From: Styela clava
Lineage: Eukaryota
NCBI RefSeq assembly: GCF_964204865.1
Contig: NC_135261.1
Coordinates: 8,742,001 to 8,806,000, forward strand
DNA: 64,000 bases
Direction: 5' to 3'
Positions 28,291-42,000 of this stretch are shown here, in pieces. The translations under genes were made by a program, and so were the position numbers. Numbering within the stretch: position 1 is the stretch's first letter; each line of letters opens with the position of its first letter. The notes below the pieces were generated by a model. It was not told where the DNA came from and did no database searches. It was given only the letters and a program-made list of their open reading frames with translations.

Positions 28291-29301
28291 AAGACCCCTT
28301 TCCTTTGATGCCCTTAGCACGTGCCTATTTCGATTAATGGTTAATCTAGCCTTGAGTGTAGCTGTGTGACTCCCAGCATAAAGAAACAAAAAAGTATAGG
28401 ACTCGGTGACAAATTAAGATGTTTGGGAAGTACTCCTTACTATTGGCATATTTTTAAATCTAAAATAACCATCAATGTAAACCACCTGCTAGAGGCGCTG
28501 TGTAATGTTAAGAAACATGTTATATATATATTGAAGAGTGGAATAAAAAATACTACATCCATAAAATACTCAAATATTATTTATGATAAAAATGTTATCA
28601 ATTGGGAACTTATTTAAAGAACTTATTTAAATTCATTTTTTCAAGTGTAATATTATTTATGCGATAAAACGTAGAATGTTATAAAAAATCAATCAATCAT
28701 CATTTATTTATCAACACACTATAAGCATAAACATTACAAATATCAAAAGAGAAATAACTTAAATTGTGCGACAGCAGTCGTGCAAAATCTGAAAAGTGAA
28801 TAAAACATAAATATCACACACGTTCACCTACCAAAAACAAAACAAGCACAAAACCTAAGGAAATCTATATACTGTATACATATTTGAGATCGAAATCAGA
28901 TACCCCCGAAAATAAAATAGCTGACAGATGGTACCGAACCGCAAAGTGGCGTTAGATACTCAAAATTTTCGGGATTATGGTTTTGGGAGAAAATACTTTC
29001 CCTGGGCGAGGTTTATCTGTATTTGGTATCGACTGTGGTTGGAAAAAGTGAGTAATGTCTGCTTGTAATTCACCAGTCAGTCAGTATATGTTTTGTTGAT
29101 TTTCTCCTTTGCGTTTGTCGATTCAGAGTCGGCTGATACTAAGTACAAGTTATGGTGAAGCGAAGGGTTCAATAACTGAAAAGAACCCTTGTTTCAATAG
29201 CCGAAAAGCAAAGTCAATGTCAGCTTGTCTGTTTGTCGTAACGGTATCTCATACATTCAGACATTGGAATGCAGATTTCTGATATTTTTAGGTTGGAGCT
29301 A

Positions 29302-29642
29302 CCGTGTTTCCCCGAAAATAATACTTACGGTACCCTGGAAATAAGACCTAGTTAGCATGAATTTTTAAAATGATTTTAATAGTCAATAAAGCAAAATTAT
29401 TTTTAACCAGCAAGAAATCTTTCATACTCGTTTTAAAGGATTAATAATCTATGTTTAGCAGTTATTTTAAATAAAAACTTGTTATTTATTTGTAAATGGA
29501 TATCGTTTTTCATATTTTGTATATTTGAAAATTTAGTAATTCTCTAAATGAAAATAGGAGACATTCCCCCAAAGTAAGCCCTAGTGTTATTTTTCGAAAG
29601 AAAATTGAAATAATAAACTGTCTTATTTTCGGGGAAAGACTG
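29302..29642. mobile_element. Tc1/mariner (pogo-type) MITE
   Basis: TA|CCGTGTTTCCCCGAAAATAA ... TTATTTTCGGGGAAAGACTG|TA; body shared with 20440-20771. Confidence 0.85.
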
Positions 29643-30034
29643 TAAAATAACTGTTTTAGCCTAGATGTTAATGATTATATTAATCAGTTTCTAAGATCTG
29701 TAGTTACTAAGTTAAGAACTCTTGTGAAAGTCATTTTTGACTTTGGTGTCCAAAGTAGTCTGGTAGTCTAAAAAAGCACCCACATCTTCAGATTTTAGTT
29801 TAACTATTTAAGCAAGCAGTCTGTTTTGATCATATTGATGTTTGAATTCTGTAATGTGGTGAACATAATGGTTAACGTTAACATTTTTTATATTTATACA
29901 TACTGTTTTTTATTTTGAGTTTAGATTTTGCATATAATTTCATTCTATATTCAAATTTTGACAGATTTCTACATACTGTGTTTTTTTATATTATTTTATA
30001 AATAGAAAATCATAAAAATTCATTACTAGCGAAG

Positions 30035-33000
30035 ATGCGTCTTCTCTTTTCTTTTTGTCTTCTGCTTGTTTTATTATTTGAGTATGGAAATGGTAAGTGT
30101 TTAAATTAGCATATTACTGTTTTAGCGCCTAGTTTATACAGTTGTTATGTGAGTGGAGGTCATATGAATGCTTACTATATATTTTATCATTCTGTCAATC
30201 AAGATATTTATAGTATTAATGACCACAATCAATAAACAGACATCTAAATATATTTGTTTAGGGAAACTGGACTTTATTTTTGACTCAGATGCTTGTTAAT
30301 GATATTTGCATTTCTCACTTTACATTATTTTTTATCCAAATAGTATTTAAAATAGTATGACTTTTATTTTGCATATCTGAGTTTTAATTACATTCATTCA
30401 GTACATTCATTTAAAAATAATACAGTTCTTCTATATTTCAAGGTGACAACCCATGTGTAGATAAGAATGCAAAATCATGCAGTGAGTGCATGCAAGTTGC
30501 TGGATGTGGATGGTGTGAACAACCTGTAAGTCTTGAATAATAACAATTAAAAAACTTCCATTCAATAAGTATGTAGATTTTGAGTCAAACAATAACTTTG
30601 ATGATAATGTTACCTAATTTCCAATTTCATCTTTCATCGAAATTGTCTCGTAGATATTGAATAAAAAAGAACAGTTCAATTCAGGAAGTAGCCTACAGAA
30701 GTACTTGAAATGGAAATTACTTCCTGGATTATCTAATGTGACTCAGTATTGTATTGATGGAACTAAAATGTTTGTAAACAATATCATAAAACGTTGAGAA
30801 TGAAATATGGTAGAACATAGCTCATAATATGATCATATCATATGGAAAACCCCAACCTGTTCATTTAATTACCAGTTTTCAGTTTGGTAATGGTATGCTA
30901 GTGCTAGTCTGATATATTAGTTTGTGACCTATCCTACACATAAAGCATAGATTTAAACCAGGGGTTCCCAAACTTTATTAGTCGCGGGCCAAAGTTAGAA
31001 TCGGAGGGATGTTCGCGGGCCGGAAGAGTGTGGCGCCCAGAAGTGCGCGACGGTTTAGCTGGGGTTCACCACGGCTGTTATGTATCCAAAAATGTCTGTT
31101 TTCGGAGTCTAGTTTTCCTTTGTGTCTTGACATCTCTTTCTTATATGGTTCGTAACTAAATTACTGCCCTATGTAATCCCAATACGAATAATTGAGCTAC
31201 CGCTATAATGTAATTGTTACGATAATCAGGTGCCTCAACTGTGATAATGGTGTAACACTTGGCGCTATCTGGAACGCAAAATAGCAGAAACAAAATCTTT
31301 TGCACACTATTTCACTTGAGCTCGGCGGGCCTTTTTTGATCGTTAAGCGGGCCGGTTTTGGCCCCCGGGCCGCGGTTTGGGAACCCCTGATTTAAACTTA
31401 TAACGATTCTTTGGATTTTCTATTTATTTTTTGTTATATTCCAGGAATATGCAAACAACCCCAATCTTGTTATATCGAGATGCGATTTACCAAAAAATTT
31501 AAAGGCTGGAAAATGTCCTGATGAATTCATATTGAATCCACCATCGTCTGTGAACAATACAGGTGGGTTATTTATTATATTAAATCTAGTAAAACCACAC
31601 TTAGATTATTCTGTCATTCTTTTTATAAGCGATTTAGTTTGTGGATCATTTTCGAAGCTTCAAGGCCGCGGATGTACAAAATTGGTCGAGTATGTTCGAA
31701 ATTCATTATTCTGCTCCCCAGTGATTTGGTCATCATGGCCTAAAAGACCTTCATTTGTTTTTTGTAAACTCTCAAAAAAAGCTTATCGATCAAATTACAG
31801 GTGCAACAACACAAATTATCAAATTTTATCTTAATTAAATTCCATGCTTTTCCAAAAAAAACTAATTGAATATACATGACCTCTATATGTTCTTTGTTGA
31901 GGATGGCCCAATTTAGAATAGATTCAATATTCTTCGATGGTTGAAAAGAATATTTTAGTATCGAGATGTATTTTTTGATGTAGCCAACCTTGCTGAAAAG
32001 GTTATAGAATTTTAATATGTGAGACACCACCTAAATGCGAGTTATGTCAGAGTGCCAAGCGATGAAGCATGTATAAAGAAGAGTATTCGAATAAAAAAGA
32101 TTATTGCTACGTCATGATAGCTTTTTTGTTCTGGGAGGACGTGCAGATGTCTTTGTTTGCCTTGTTTTTGTAAATATTTTTCTCAACATATTTTCATTTT
32201 ACATTAAAGTTGATGACCCACATTCATCAGTTGGAAGCTCAGATGTTGGGAAGGCAACACAACTCAAACCACAAAAGATTGATGCCAAATTGAGGCCAGG
32301 TAGTTATTTTGACAATTCTTCAATTTTTTCAGCATTTTTACGAGTTTATATGTTCCAAAGCTCTGCGATACAAGTTGTTATTTTCCTTGCAGAGTCTAGC
32401 TGATGCATGCATATAATGAATTTTTGTATCATTATGACCATAAAATTCACAGTTACCACTATATTATTTATCAAATGTTGCCTGCAAAGCTACAATATAT
32501 TATTATACTCATGTATTTATGAAAGTTATTTGTATGGTGATTATATATCCCATACAAACATATCTCAATAGTTTACTACAGAATTTTTATGGCCAAATAT
32601 TTTTATGTATGCCTTCATATATTTCCACCTCTCATTCAAGTCTCATTCAATATTTTGTTACATTGTTTTGCCGTAAACTGCGCGTCTTCGAAAGTCTGAC
32701 TTTGATAAGATGAAATGTTACAGAATAACTTTATTAAAATGTAATACAAGGCATTGCACCACTAATATATAAACATTAGATGATTTTCAATTCTCCTGAC
32801 ATTTTGGACATTCAAACTGAATCATGAACTGAAGTTTAGATATCATTAACGGACTAGCAGGCACTATTAGTGAAAGCAAATGTATATAAATTGTGTTTTA
32901 TATTCTGGTACCTTCTGGAAGAAAAACCCTTAACTGTTCGAAATTTTTCACCAAAAATGCAATTTTTCCAACAGGATCTCCTGCTCAAATCCAAATATCT

Positions 33001-36000
33001 TACAAACAAGCTGAAGATTATCCAGTGGATTTGTATTATCTTCTCGATTTATCAAACTCCATGAAAGATGATTTAGATTCACTCAGAGAACTTGGAAAAG
33101 AATTGGGAGATAGAATGTCTTCTATTACAAGGGATTTCAGACTCGGTTTTGGATCGTTTGTCGATAAGACAGTAATGCCTTATATTTCCATGGTGCCAAA
33201 AAGGTTATTTTTTTTTAATAAACTTCACTTAGAATGTATCTTTTTGCATAAATAGACTAATTTTCTCAAATATTTGTCGGAATTTCATGTTGATTATCCG
33301 GTATTACATATTGTACAATATACAGCCCTACAAATCGTAACACGCCATACGAGTTGTCTCTGTTGGAATCAAGTTAGCATAATGACATTTCGTTTGAGTA
33401 CGATCAGAGTTATTTTTAATATACCGGTAATATAAATTTTTAGTGTGATCAGATATTTTCAAATTGAAGAAAATCAAATTTTGACAACGAAAACTTTTAT
33501 ATATGCGTGAATAATTTTATTTATCATCTTAAAAGTCCGATTTTCCTACTCCTGTCTCTAAATATAGCGAAGTATGGAATGGCCGCACCGGCTCCGTTTA
33601 CAAAATTAATGGAAACGAGCCATACCCCAAAGCTCTGGTTGATATGCAACTTTAATACATAATTAAAAGACAGAATAAAATGTTCCCATTCTTCAAAAAT
33701 CAAAACAAGGCTGAAATTTATTGTTTTATTCATACCAGAAAGAAATCTATAGCACCTGGGCTTGGCTAAGTGCTAAGGCATATTATTATTACTGCTGGTG
33801 TAACGGTTTCCTTTTTGTAATATGTGGTTAGAGTTGTCTAGAGTTACTTTCTGTAAAAAAGGAGTCGAAGAATAAACAGTCAATTTATTATACTGTTGTT
33901 GATTAAAGAACTGTATTAATTCTCTCTAGTGCCGCAAATACTTTCATTAATATTATCCTGTAACATTTTGTCTGACCAAAGTCAAAATTCCACAGACAAA
34001 AAGTTTTGTTACTGTTTATTACTTAATTGTAGTCCAGAGCTCTGTTAGGAGTGAAAAACATTTCACAAAAAGAATTATAGTAATCGTTCTTTAGCACTAA
34101 CTAATTATTGGATCTCCGCTCCAGGAGACCTTTTATTCTCAGTCGTTCTGTCTGTCTGTTTGTTTAGCTGTAGCGGCTGAACTGCTTGGCCGATCTAGTG
34201 AAATTTTTCATGTGGGGTATACTGTCACCCTAGTAATGTGTGTTTCACCTAAAGTCCGAATTGGTGTTTCGTTTCCATGGCATCAGCAACAAAACGCGAT
34301 CGCTGAGAAATTTATAGTTATTTCACAATTTGTTCCCATTATTTTGTAAATTACCTCAAACTAAAATTCTGAAATTGTTATCTTCATGCTGAAGTAAATA
34401 CACAAGCCGATTTCCATCTTGGTAATCCATAAACTCAAGGAGTTTTACGAAAGTTAGTGAACATGATCAAATATAAGCCGCAGTATACCACTCACACAAG
34501 GATACCAAAGAGATGCGCAGCGCTCGCAGTTTTGATATTCTGGTCACTGCAGTACGCTGTCATTTTAGGTGCAATATTGCGGGGATGATAATAGTTCAGT
34601 GAACTGCGGGCCGCCTCATGTATCAGTGGACATCCTGGGCGCCTACCGGCTTGTATTAGATAAAAAATTGATGAAATATTTTTCTTCACAGACGTCTTAA
34701 TCCATGTACTGATAATAAACCTTGCCAACCTACATACACGTTCAGCAATGAATTACCACTCACTAAGGATATTGATGAATTCGTGAGATCTGTCAAATCT
34801 GTCAATCATTCCTCTAATCTGGATTCTCCAGAAGGAGGCTTTGATGCTATGATGCAAGCTATTGTTTGTGAGGTGAGATGATTTAATATTGTATTGGAAT
34901 TCAGGGTGTAAGGAGAATTTAGTTTTGATAATTGTGTGATACATTTATACGAATGTGTTTCAATCTCGAATTTGTGTGAATTAAATTTTCAAGTGTCTCT
35001 GTTTTATATATCAAGGGACTATTCATAATTTGCTCTTTAATAATATTATTTGAAATGCTTTTATTCACAGACGTGCAAAATGAATCAAATTCTGTGCCCA
35101 CTGCCTTACCCAGAGTGTCTTGCATTTTACTAGATATATTGATGGAAATTATAGTGAATAAACTTGAAAAGAATTCAAAAATGCCCTTTTGGGAATTGAT
35201 ACATCATCTGAGTTGTTACTCTTGTGGTTTATAATTGATTTATAGATCGCCATGAAGTCATATGTTATTTTGTAATTGACTGTGGTTGATTTCCTGTTGG
35301 CAGATATCATACAGTTTTCTAATTTGGCTTGGTGTCGTGTTAAACATTGGAAATTTACATGGTATTATACCAGTGTTTCCCAACCCGAGTCCGCGGTCTC
35401 AAATGAGTCCGCGAAACATTTGAATGAGTCCGCAACCAGAAATTCACTGCGAGCCGCAAGCGTTTTTGCAAAAGTTAACTATCAGCCAAGTTACGATTTA
35501 CGTTAAAATTCACATAAAACATAAAAAGCAAGTTTATTCACATAACATTAATCAAGTCATTTAGTACTAGTTACTGAGTATGACTGGGCATATATTCGAA
35601 TATTCAACTATTAGAAATAGCAATTCACTATTCAAAAATTTGGTAACAGGTGACGCGACAGGTCAAAACGATTGGATTTCACAACTCACTTGCGAATTTC
35701 CGACAAAAACCCGAGCACACGCGTGGTGTTTCTCGCGAGTTCGAACAACGAGAAATAATTTTTTTAGTAGGCGTCAAGGGTGGCAACCCAAATTTTCTAA
35801 ATTAAAAAGCGGCAATACAAAAAACTGAAAATAAAACGGAGAACACCATAACTTTTGTTTTATGATTGTACGCGACCGATTAAAAACACTTCTTTAGACA
35901 TTGCAAATCGCAAAATTTCGGTGGATACTGTAGTATATGTACCAGGGCATTTTCCCTTAGACCTCCACATTGGTACGTACAGTACTGGAGCGCCGTAAGT

Positions 36001-39000
36001 ATTGTACGAACAGCTCAGATTTGTTGAATTCACAAAAATACGAATCAAAACAAAATATAATTGGGCACATTACCACGCTTTTTTGTGTCCACGGATTGTC
36101 ATGATATTTTTTTTTGATCAGTATTGCTTTTATTTCGTCCACACAACCGCAGATTAAAATGATCACCATTAAATTAATAATAAAGCAAGGTTGTATTTTT
36201 GATTTACAAATATACTTCAAATATATTTTTAATAAGTACTAAATCAAGTTGTACTTTCTGGAAATTATAGCAGATAGTAGGATTTTTCTAACGACGATAA
36301 CAAATTTGCAAGATCTCTAAGAATATGTATCAAAACTAAATACGAGAATATCGATCGAAACTGCGGTTTCGATTCATGACTCTATAGTGACACCGCGTGT
36401 CCCATCACTAATTAATTAATAACTCGCTAATTATACGACATAATTCATCCAAAATCAATAGGCTTTTGGTCCGAGATATGATGAATGCACATGCAATTTG
36501 GAGCAGATTCAACCTCGCCTTCGTGAGATACAGAGTACGGTTGCAATAAACGCACCTTGAGTCCGCGAAGGTTTTCGCCGGTGAGAAATTAGTCCGCGAC
36601 CAAAAAAGGTTGGGAAACGCTGTATTATACCATTGAAAATATATTCAAGAAGTGTGTTGATCATATCTCAAACAACAAATTAAAAGTCGTTGTTTTCTCT
36701 GTGTTGATTGAACTCTAGCAGTTAAGATATCATGCGTTTTAATCTGACCTACTTAAAATCCCTAATATACAAACAAAGATATTCTGAATTCTTATAATTT
36801 AAATCATTCCCGAATTCTAAAATTTACCATACCGAATATAATGAATTTCGAATTTGAATATTAGATTCGTTTCGGACTGATTAGAACTGAACTACTATTC
36901 AAATTTATTTGATCCAATTATCAGGTTTTTTGTATCAAATATTTATATTACAGGATTTTATCAAATGGAGGAAAGAGGCAACCCATCTGCTCGTTTACGT
37001 CACTGATGCTGGATTCCATTATGCTGGGGATGGAAAACTTGGTGGCATTGTCGCTCCAAATGATGGGCATTGTTATCTCGATGGCAGAGGCCAATATTAC
37101 AAAGCTAACGAAATGGTAAGTTATAGATTATTTGGGGAATTTGGAAAATCTTTAAAATTATATTAAACCAGTTTTATATGATATTGTTTTGTGGTATAGC
37201 GGAATTCTTGGAAATATTGTTAGAGATTAATGCATAATTTGTGTGACTGTTTTGGTTACCTCTCCAGATCGTAGTAACCTCTGTGTTAAATGTTATGGTC
37301 AAAAGACGTTGGAGTTAATTTACCTCTGACGGGGCTCCCGAAGTATGCGAACCAAGATGGCGGACATCGGAATGTAATATGTGTATTATGTTAGGGTTAG
37401 GCCATAATTTTAGGTATAAATACTACGGGAGGCTCTTGGCTAGTCTTCGAACTGATAATAGGACTAAAATAAGGAAAATTGGAAAAAAATTATCGCCTAA
37501 CCTGTTAACCTTGGTTCGCATACTTCGGGAGCACCCATCTGACTCTGAACTCTCAACCTATTAAAAACAAATCCGACTCCCAACTGAAAAAACTTTTGAC
37601 TCCGATTCTAACTCCGTTCCTCAATAAAACCAAATTTTGATGACATAAGCATTGGCATACAAATGCCATCTTAAATTTTTTATCGATAATGCCTTTTACA
37701 CATATTCTTATGAATTTTTACTCCGATTATCATGATTAAAAATTAAAAAAATTTTGAATTTCATCCTAGAAAATTGAAAATTTTACTCTTGCCTCAATTT
37801 CCGACTCGGATATCAATAATGACATGCCAAACTCAACATGTCAGTAGTAGCATGCCTCCTGAAACTTGGAGTTTTGTTCTCTGCGGTAATTGATATGATT
37901 ATTTTCAGGATTATCCCTCAGTTGGACACTTGGTACAGAAAATAAATGATTTTAATATTCAACCAATTTTTGCCGTCACAAAGGAAGTTATTACTACATA
38001 CAAGGTAATTTAGGAATGTTTTATTAAATATACAATTTAAGTGCTGTATAATTTTTTTTGCTTAAATGCAAAAATATTGATACCTGTATATAATAATGAA
38101 ACAAACAAATACTATTTGTACATGAAACAAATAAATGTCACTGGTTTCAATTGAAAATTTTTATACGACTGACTGTGAAAACCTAATTTCAGCAAAACCT
38201 ATCAAAATATGTCTTTATTTGTTTAAGTTATTAGCATGTACATGTTAACACCGTGGTGTGAATTCTAGCTAGAGGAAACCAATGAGTATACTGCTGTTAA
38301 TAAATTATGTCAAAAGCTTTTAACTTTACATGAAACAAGACTAAGAGAACAAATCATAAATGAAAAAGTTTCAATTTATTAATTGATCCGTTATCCATAA
38401 ATATGACATTTCTCGTACAAGTACAAATACCAACATTTTCACGCTTTACCACTGATCTATTTCTATATATGTATTTCCTTGCACTTCATAAACTCTTACT
38501 ATCAACTACCTAAATTTTAATATTCTGTTTTAAGAAACTTCAAGATTTAATTCCGAAATCTGCAGTCGGCGAACTGACAGCTGATTCATCTAATATTATT
38601 GACTTGATACAAGATGCCTATAATGCTCTTAAAGATACGGTAAGAACCAATTTTACACAGGCATACTTATCTAAATTTGTAAATTTGATATCACAATCAA
38701 TTATTTTAATGAAGTATATATTATATTGAGTGTTTCAAAGGTATTGCATCACACTTTCATGATTTTCATTTTGTTACATTTTGTCTGAGATGTCTGATTG
38801 TTATCAGGAGAAACATTACAGAATAAAATTTGTGAAATTGTAAAGCAAAGACATCAAACCGCTCAAATAGCAGTATAAATCATTCTATAGTCTCGCCACT
38901 AGTACGGTGGTTTTGGTGCCCCACAAGGGGGGGGGGGGGGCATTTGTGGACAATTTTTTAAGGGGTCGTGCAGCGGATTAAAGATAAAAAATATTAGTTA

Positions 39001-42000
39001 TATTTGATCTTTCCTGCTTTATTTTGGATATTCACATTTCTTTATTGTTTAAAGATTGCGATTCCATCCATGTCTATTACTTTGTTATTTAGTGGCATTA
39101 CTTTTGTATTTCGCTTAAATACTGTGAGCATATCAATAATTGAGATATTTTTTTTTACACTTTTCCAAGGTTGTTTTGGGTGTTGAATTACCAGAAGGAG
39201 TTGAAGTCATGGACAAGAAAAGTCATTGTTTAACTGGCACCAGGGAAGGATTGGAATGTGATGGTGTGAAAATTGGGGATGTTGTGAGTTTCAATATGTT
39301 GTTTTTTATATGGTATTAATGATTTTCATATGATTCACGGTGCTCCAGAAGTGTGTGTACCAATATGGGGGTAACTAATTTTGTTTGTCCATTTTACATC
39401 AAGTTCTTTGAAGGGACTGAAACCTATGGGCAGGGGGTATATTCACTTGGCTAACAAGTAACACAGACAGTTCCAGAACTCGTAATAGAACTAAAATAAG
39501 GAAAATCGAAATAAAATTATGGCCTAACTAACCCTAACCTGGTACACATACAAGTACAGGATTTACAGTATGTTATTAAACCTATTAAATATAAATCATC
39601 TCTATTAGTATTATATGAAAATAATAGTTTGATAATCTGAATTTGTTTATTACCTGTTACCACTCTGAACAAGGCTCTGTTTAAGTAGCCAGCTAATATC
39701 TTTAGGTCTGGAATCTTTCTGATTTTGCATTGCCCAGCCGATTTAATACACACTGGGTGATTTGGTAGGTTTGTGGTTTGAAACCTATATTGGAATTGAA
39801 AACCAATAAACGAAAGCAGAAGAATAGCTGCATTACAGTCGAAAATTTGAACAAATCGAAGTCAATCTGTTTTAGACTAATATACTCATGGCAAATAGTA
39901 CCCACCATCTTGCTTGTGTCCTCTTAGGGGGTGGGACCAGTTCAAAAGACCCAGTGCTTGATCATCATATCCACAAATTCTTTGTTTTAGGATTAAATAT
40001 TTTGAATATTAAATTTAATTTAAGCAATTTTTGTGGAAAATATTAAAATTTCAATCAAAAAAACAGCAATTCTGAATTTAACAATACAAAATTTTTAGGA
40101 ATGTCTATTTTATTATTCAAATCAACAATTACCTCAGTTTCAATTTGATTATTCCTATTTTTCATTTATTCACTTTATTTCTCACAAACTTGACTGGATA
40201 ATCATCTTTGTAAACAAAATGAATTATGTATGAAGTTTACTGGTTGGATATTTGCTCAAAACATTTCCTTAATAATACTTCTTTATCTAATTCCGAAACT
40301 TGCGTTTGTAAATTTCAACATAATTCGTAATACGCTATTTTGAATGATGGATTGTATGGGTCATAAATGGGTACTCCCATTGTATGTGTACCAGGTTAGG
40401 GTTAGGCCATAATTTTATTCCGATTTTCTTTATTTTTATTCTATTAAGAGTTCGGGACTGTCTGTGTTAGCCAAGTAAATATACCCCCTGCCCATAGGCT
40501 TCCGTCCCTCTACACAACTTGATGTAAAGTAAGCGAAAAAAAAAGTTACTTCCATATTGATAGACATGTGATATCTATCTATATAATGAGCCTTTTAAAG
40601 AACGACTCCCACTCTGAATTTTCGACTCAAAACTCCAGCTTATAAAGTAAACCAAATTTATATAACAAAAGCATTTTATTTTCAGTCAAGATTATGTGTT
40701 AAATGATTGTTTCATATTTGTGATTTGATTCTGTTGCAATAAGTTGCAGTTTAGTATTTGAGTCAGTCAAGTATTCTTGGGTTGCACAAGATTTCGCAAT
40801 GTTCATCTTATCAAAAATTAGGTGACTTGATTATGAAACTGGGGTACATATTGCTTACTTAGTTCCTGTCAAAGAAGTGGACTTTGATTATCAGTATCAC
40901 CATGGCAAGTTTAAAATTCTGACTCTGAAGAATTCAAGTTTTGATTATCCATTATTCATTATCATTTAAAACATACCAACACCAGACTCTGACTCACACT
41001 GTCATTAAAAAAGTTAATAAAATAACTGTTATTAACAGGTCAATTTCACAATGAGCATCAAAACAAATGAATGTTTTACCGGCACGAAGAAAATGAAAAT
41101 CAATATATTTGGTTACAATGAAGAGGTTGAGGTTGACATCAGTACATTATGTGAATGTCAATGCTCAGAAGATTTTACACCATTGAATAACTGTTCTGGT
41201 AAGTTTTAGTTTCTTGTAAATAAGGCTTTGAACGAGTTGCAACATGAAAATTTTTCATTTTATTGTTTTCACCATCAAAGTAATACATAGGAAAAGATTT
41301 TGTCCTTCAAATAAAATTGAAATTTAGCAGTTTTTGAAAATTATTTTTTGTTCATAGCTGTTTTTCAAACATGTCTGGTGATCTATTAAATACTTTGTTT
41401 TGATGTGATGAAATGTGTAAATCAAATGATAAATTATATTGAAATATATGGAAAGAATTGTGATTTAAAAGTAATTTTTTTAATACGAATGGAAATGACA
41501 ACCTTACTGAGAGCAGTCGATTCAAATATCCAAATTTCTGGAAACATTTTTGGGCATAAAGTGAATATATTATTTGAATTATTATATGAATTATTTTCCT
41601 AAATCTTTATTGTTGGGATTGTAAAATAAATTTGCCTTCAATTTCAAATTTTTAATACTCAGATATGTAAGAACAATATTACTTTTGTTTTTTACTGTTT
41701 TTTTTCATGATTTTTAACATTTTGCTCGAATTTTGCAGGCATTGCGGTGGACATATTAGTCATTTTTGCTAAATCGTTATTATTGGGATTGTAAAAAAAA
41801 TTGCCTTCAATTTTAAATTATTAATACTTGAATATGGAAGAAGACTATTAATTTTGTTTTACTGTTTCTTTATTCTTGTTTTGCTGGAATTTCTCGCTCA
41901 TTGCAGTGGCCATATCAATCATTTGACTGCCATGTATTTTGAGCATTGCTCTCTTGCTTTTAAATACCAGTCGAACTAATTTGGAATCCCAGTTATTAAA

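Noticed and set aside
33524-33733. GC-richer segment/ORF in integrin intron 5 as an alternative exon
   Set aside because: No integrin-like translation or phase-compatible splice pair; exons 5 and 6 join seamlessly. Probably a decayed repeat.
38926-38940. Poly-G runs (also ~45740 and ~51832) as functional G-quadruplexes
   Set aside because: Simple homopolymers associated with decayed repeats, with no supporting context, and their lengths are unreliable in assemblies.
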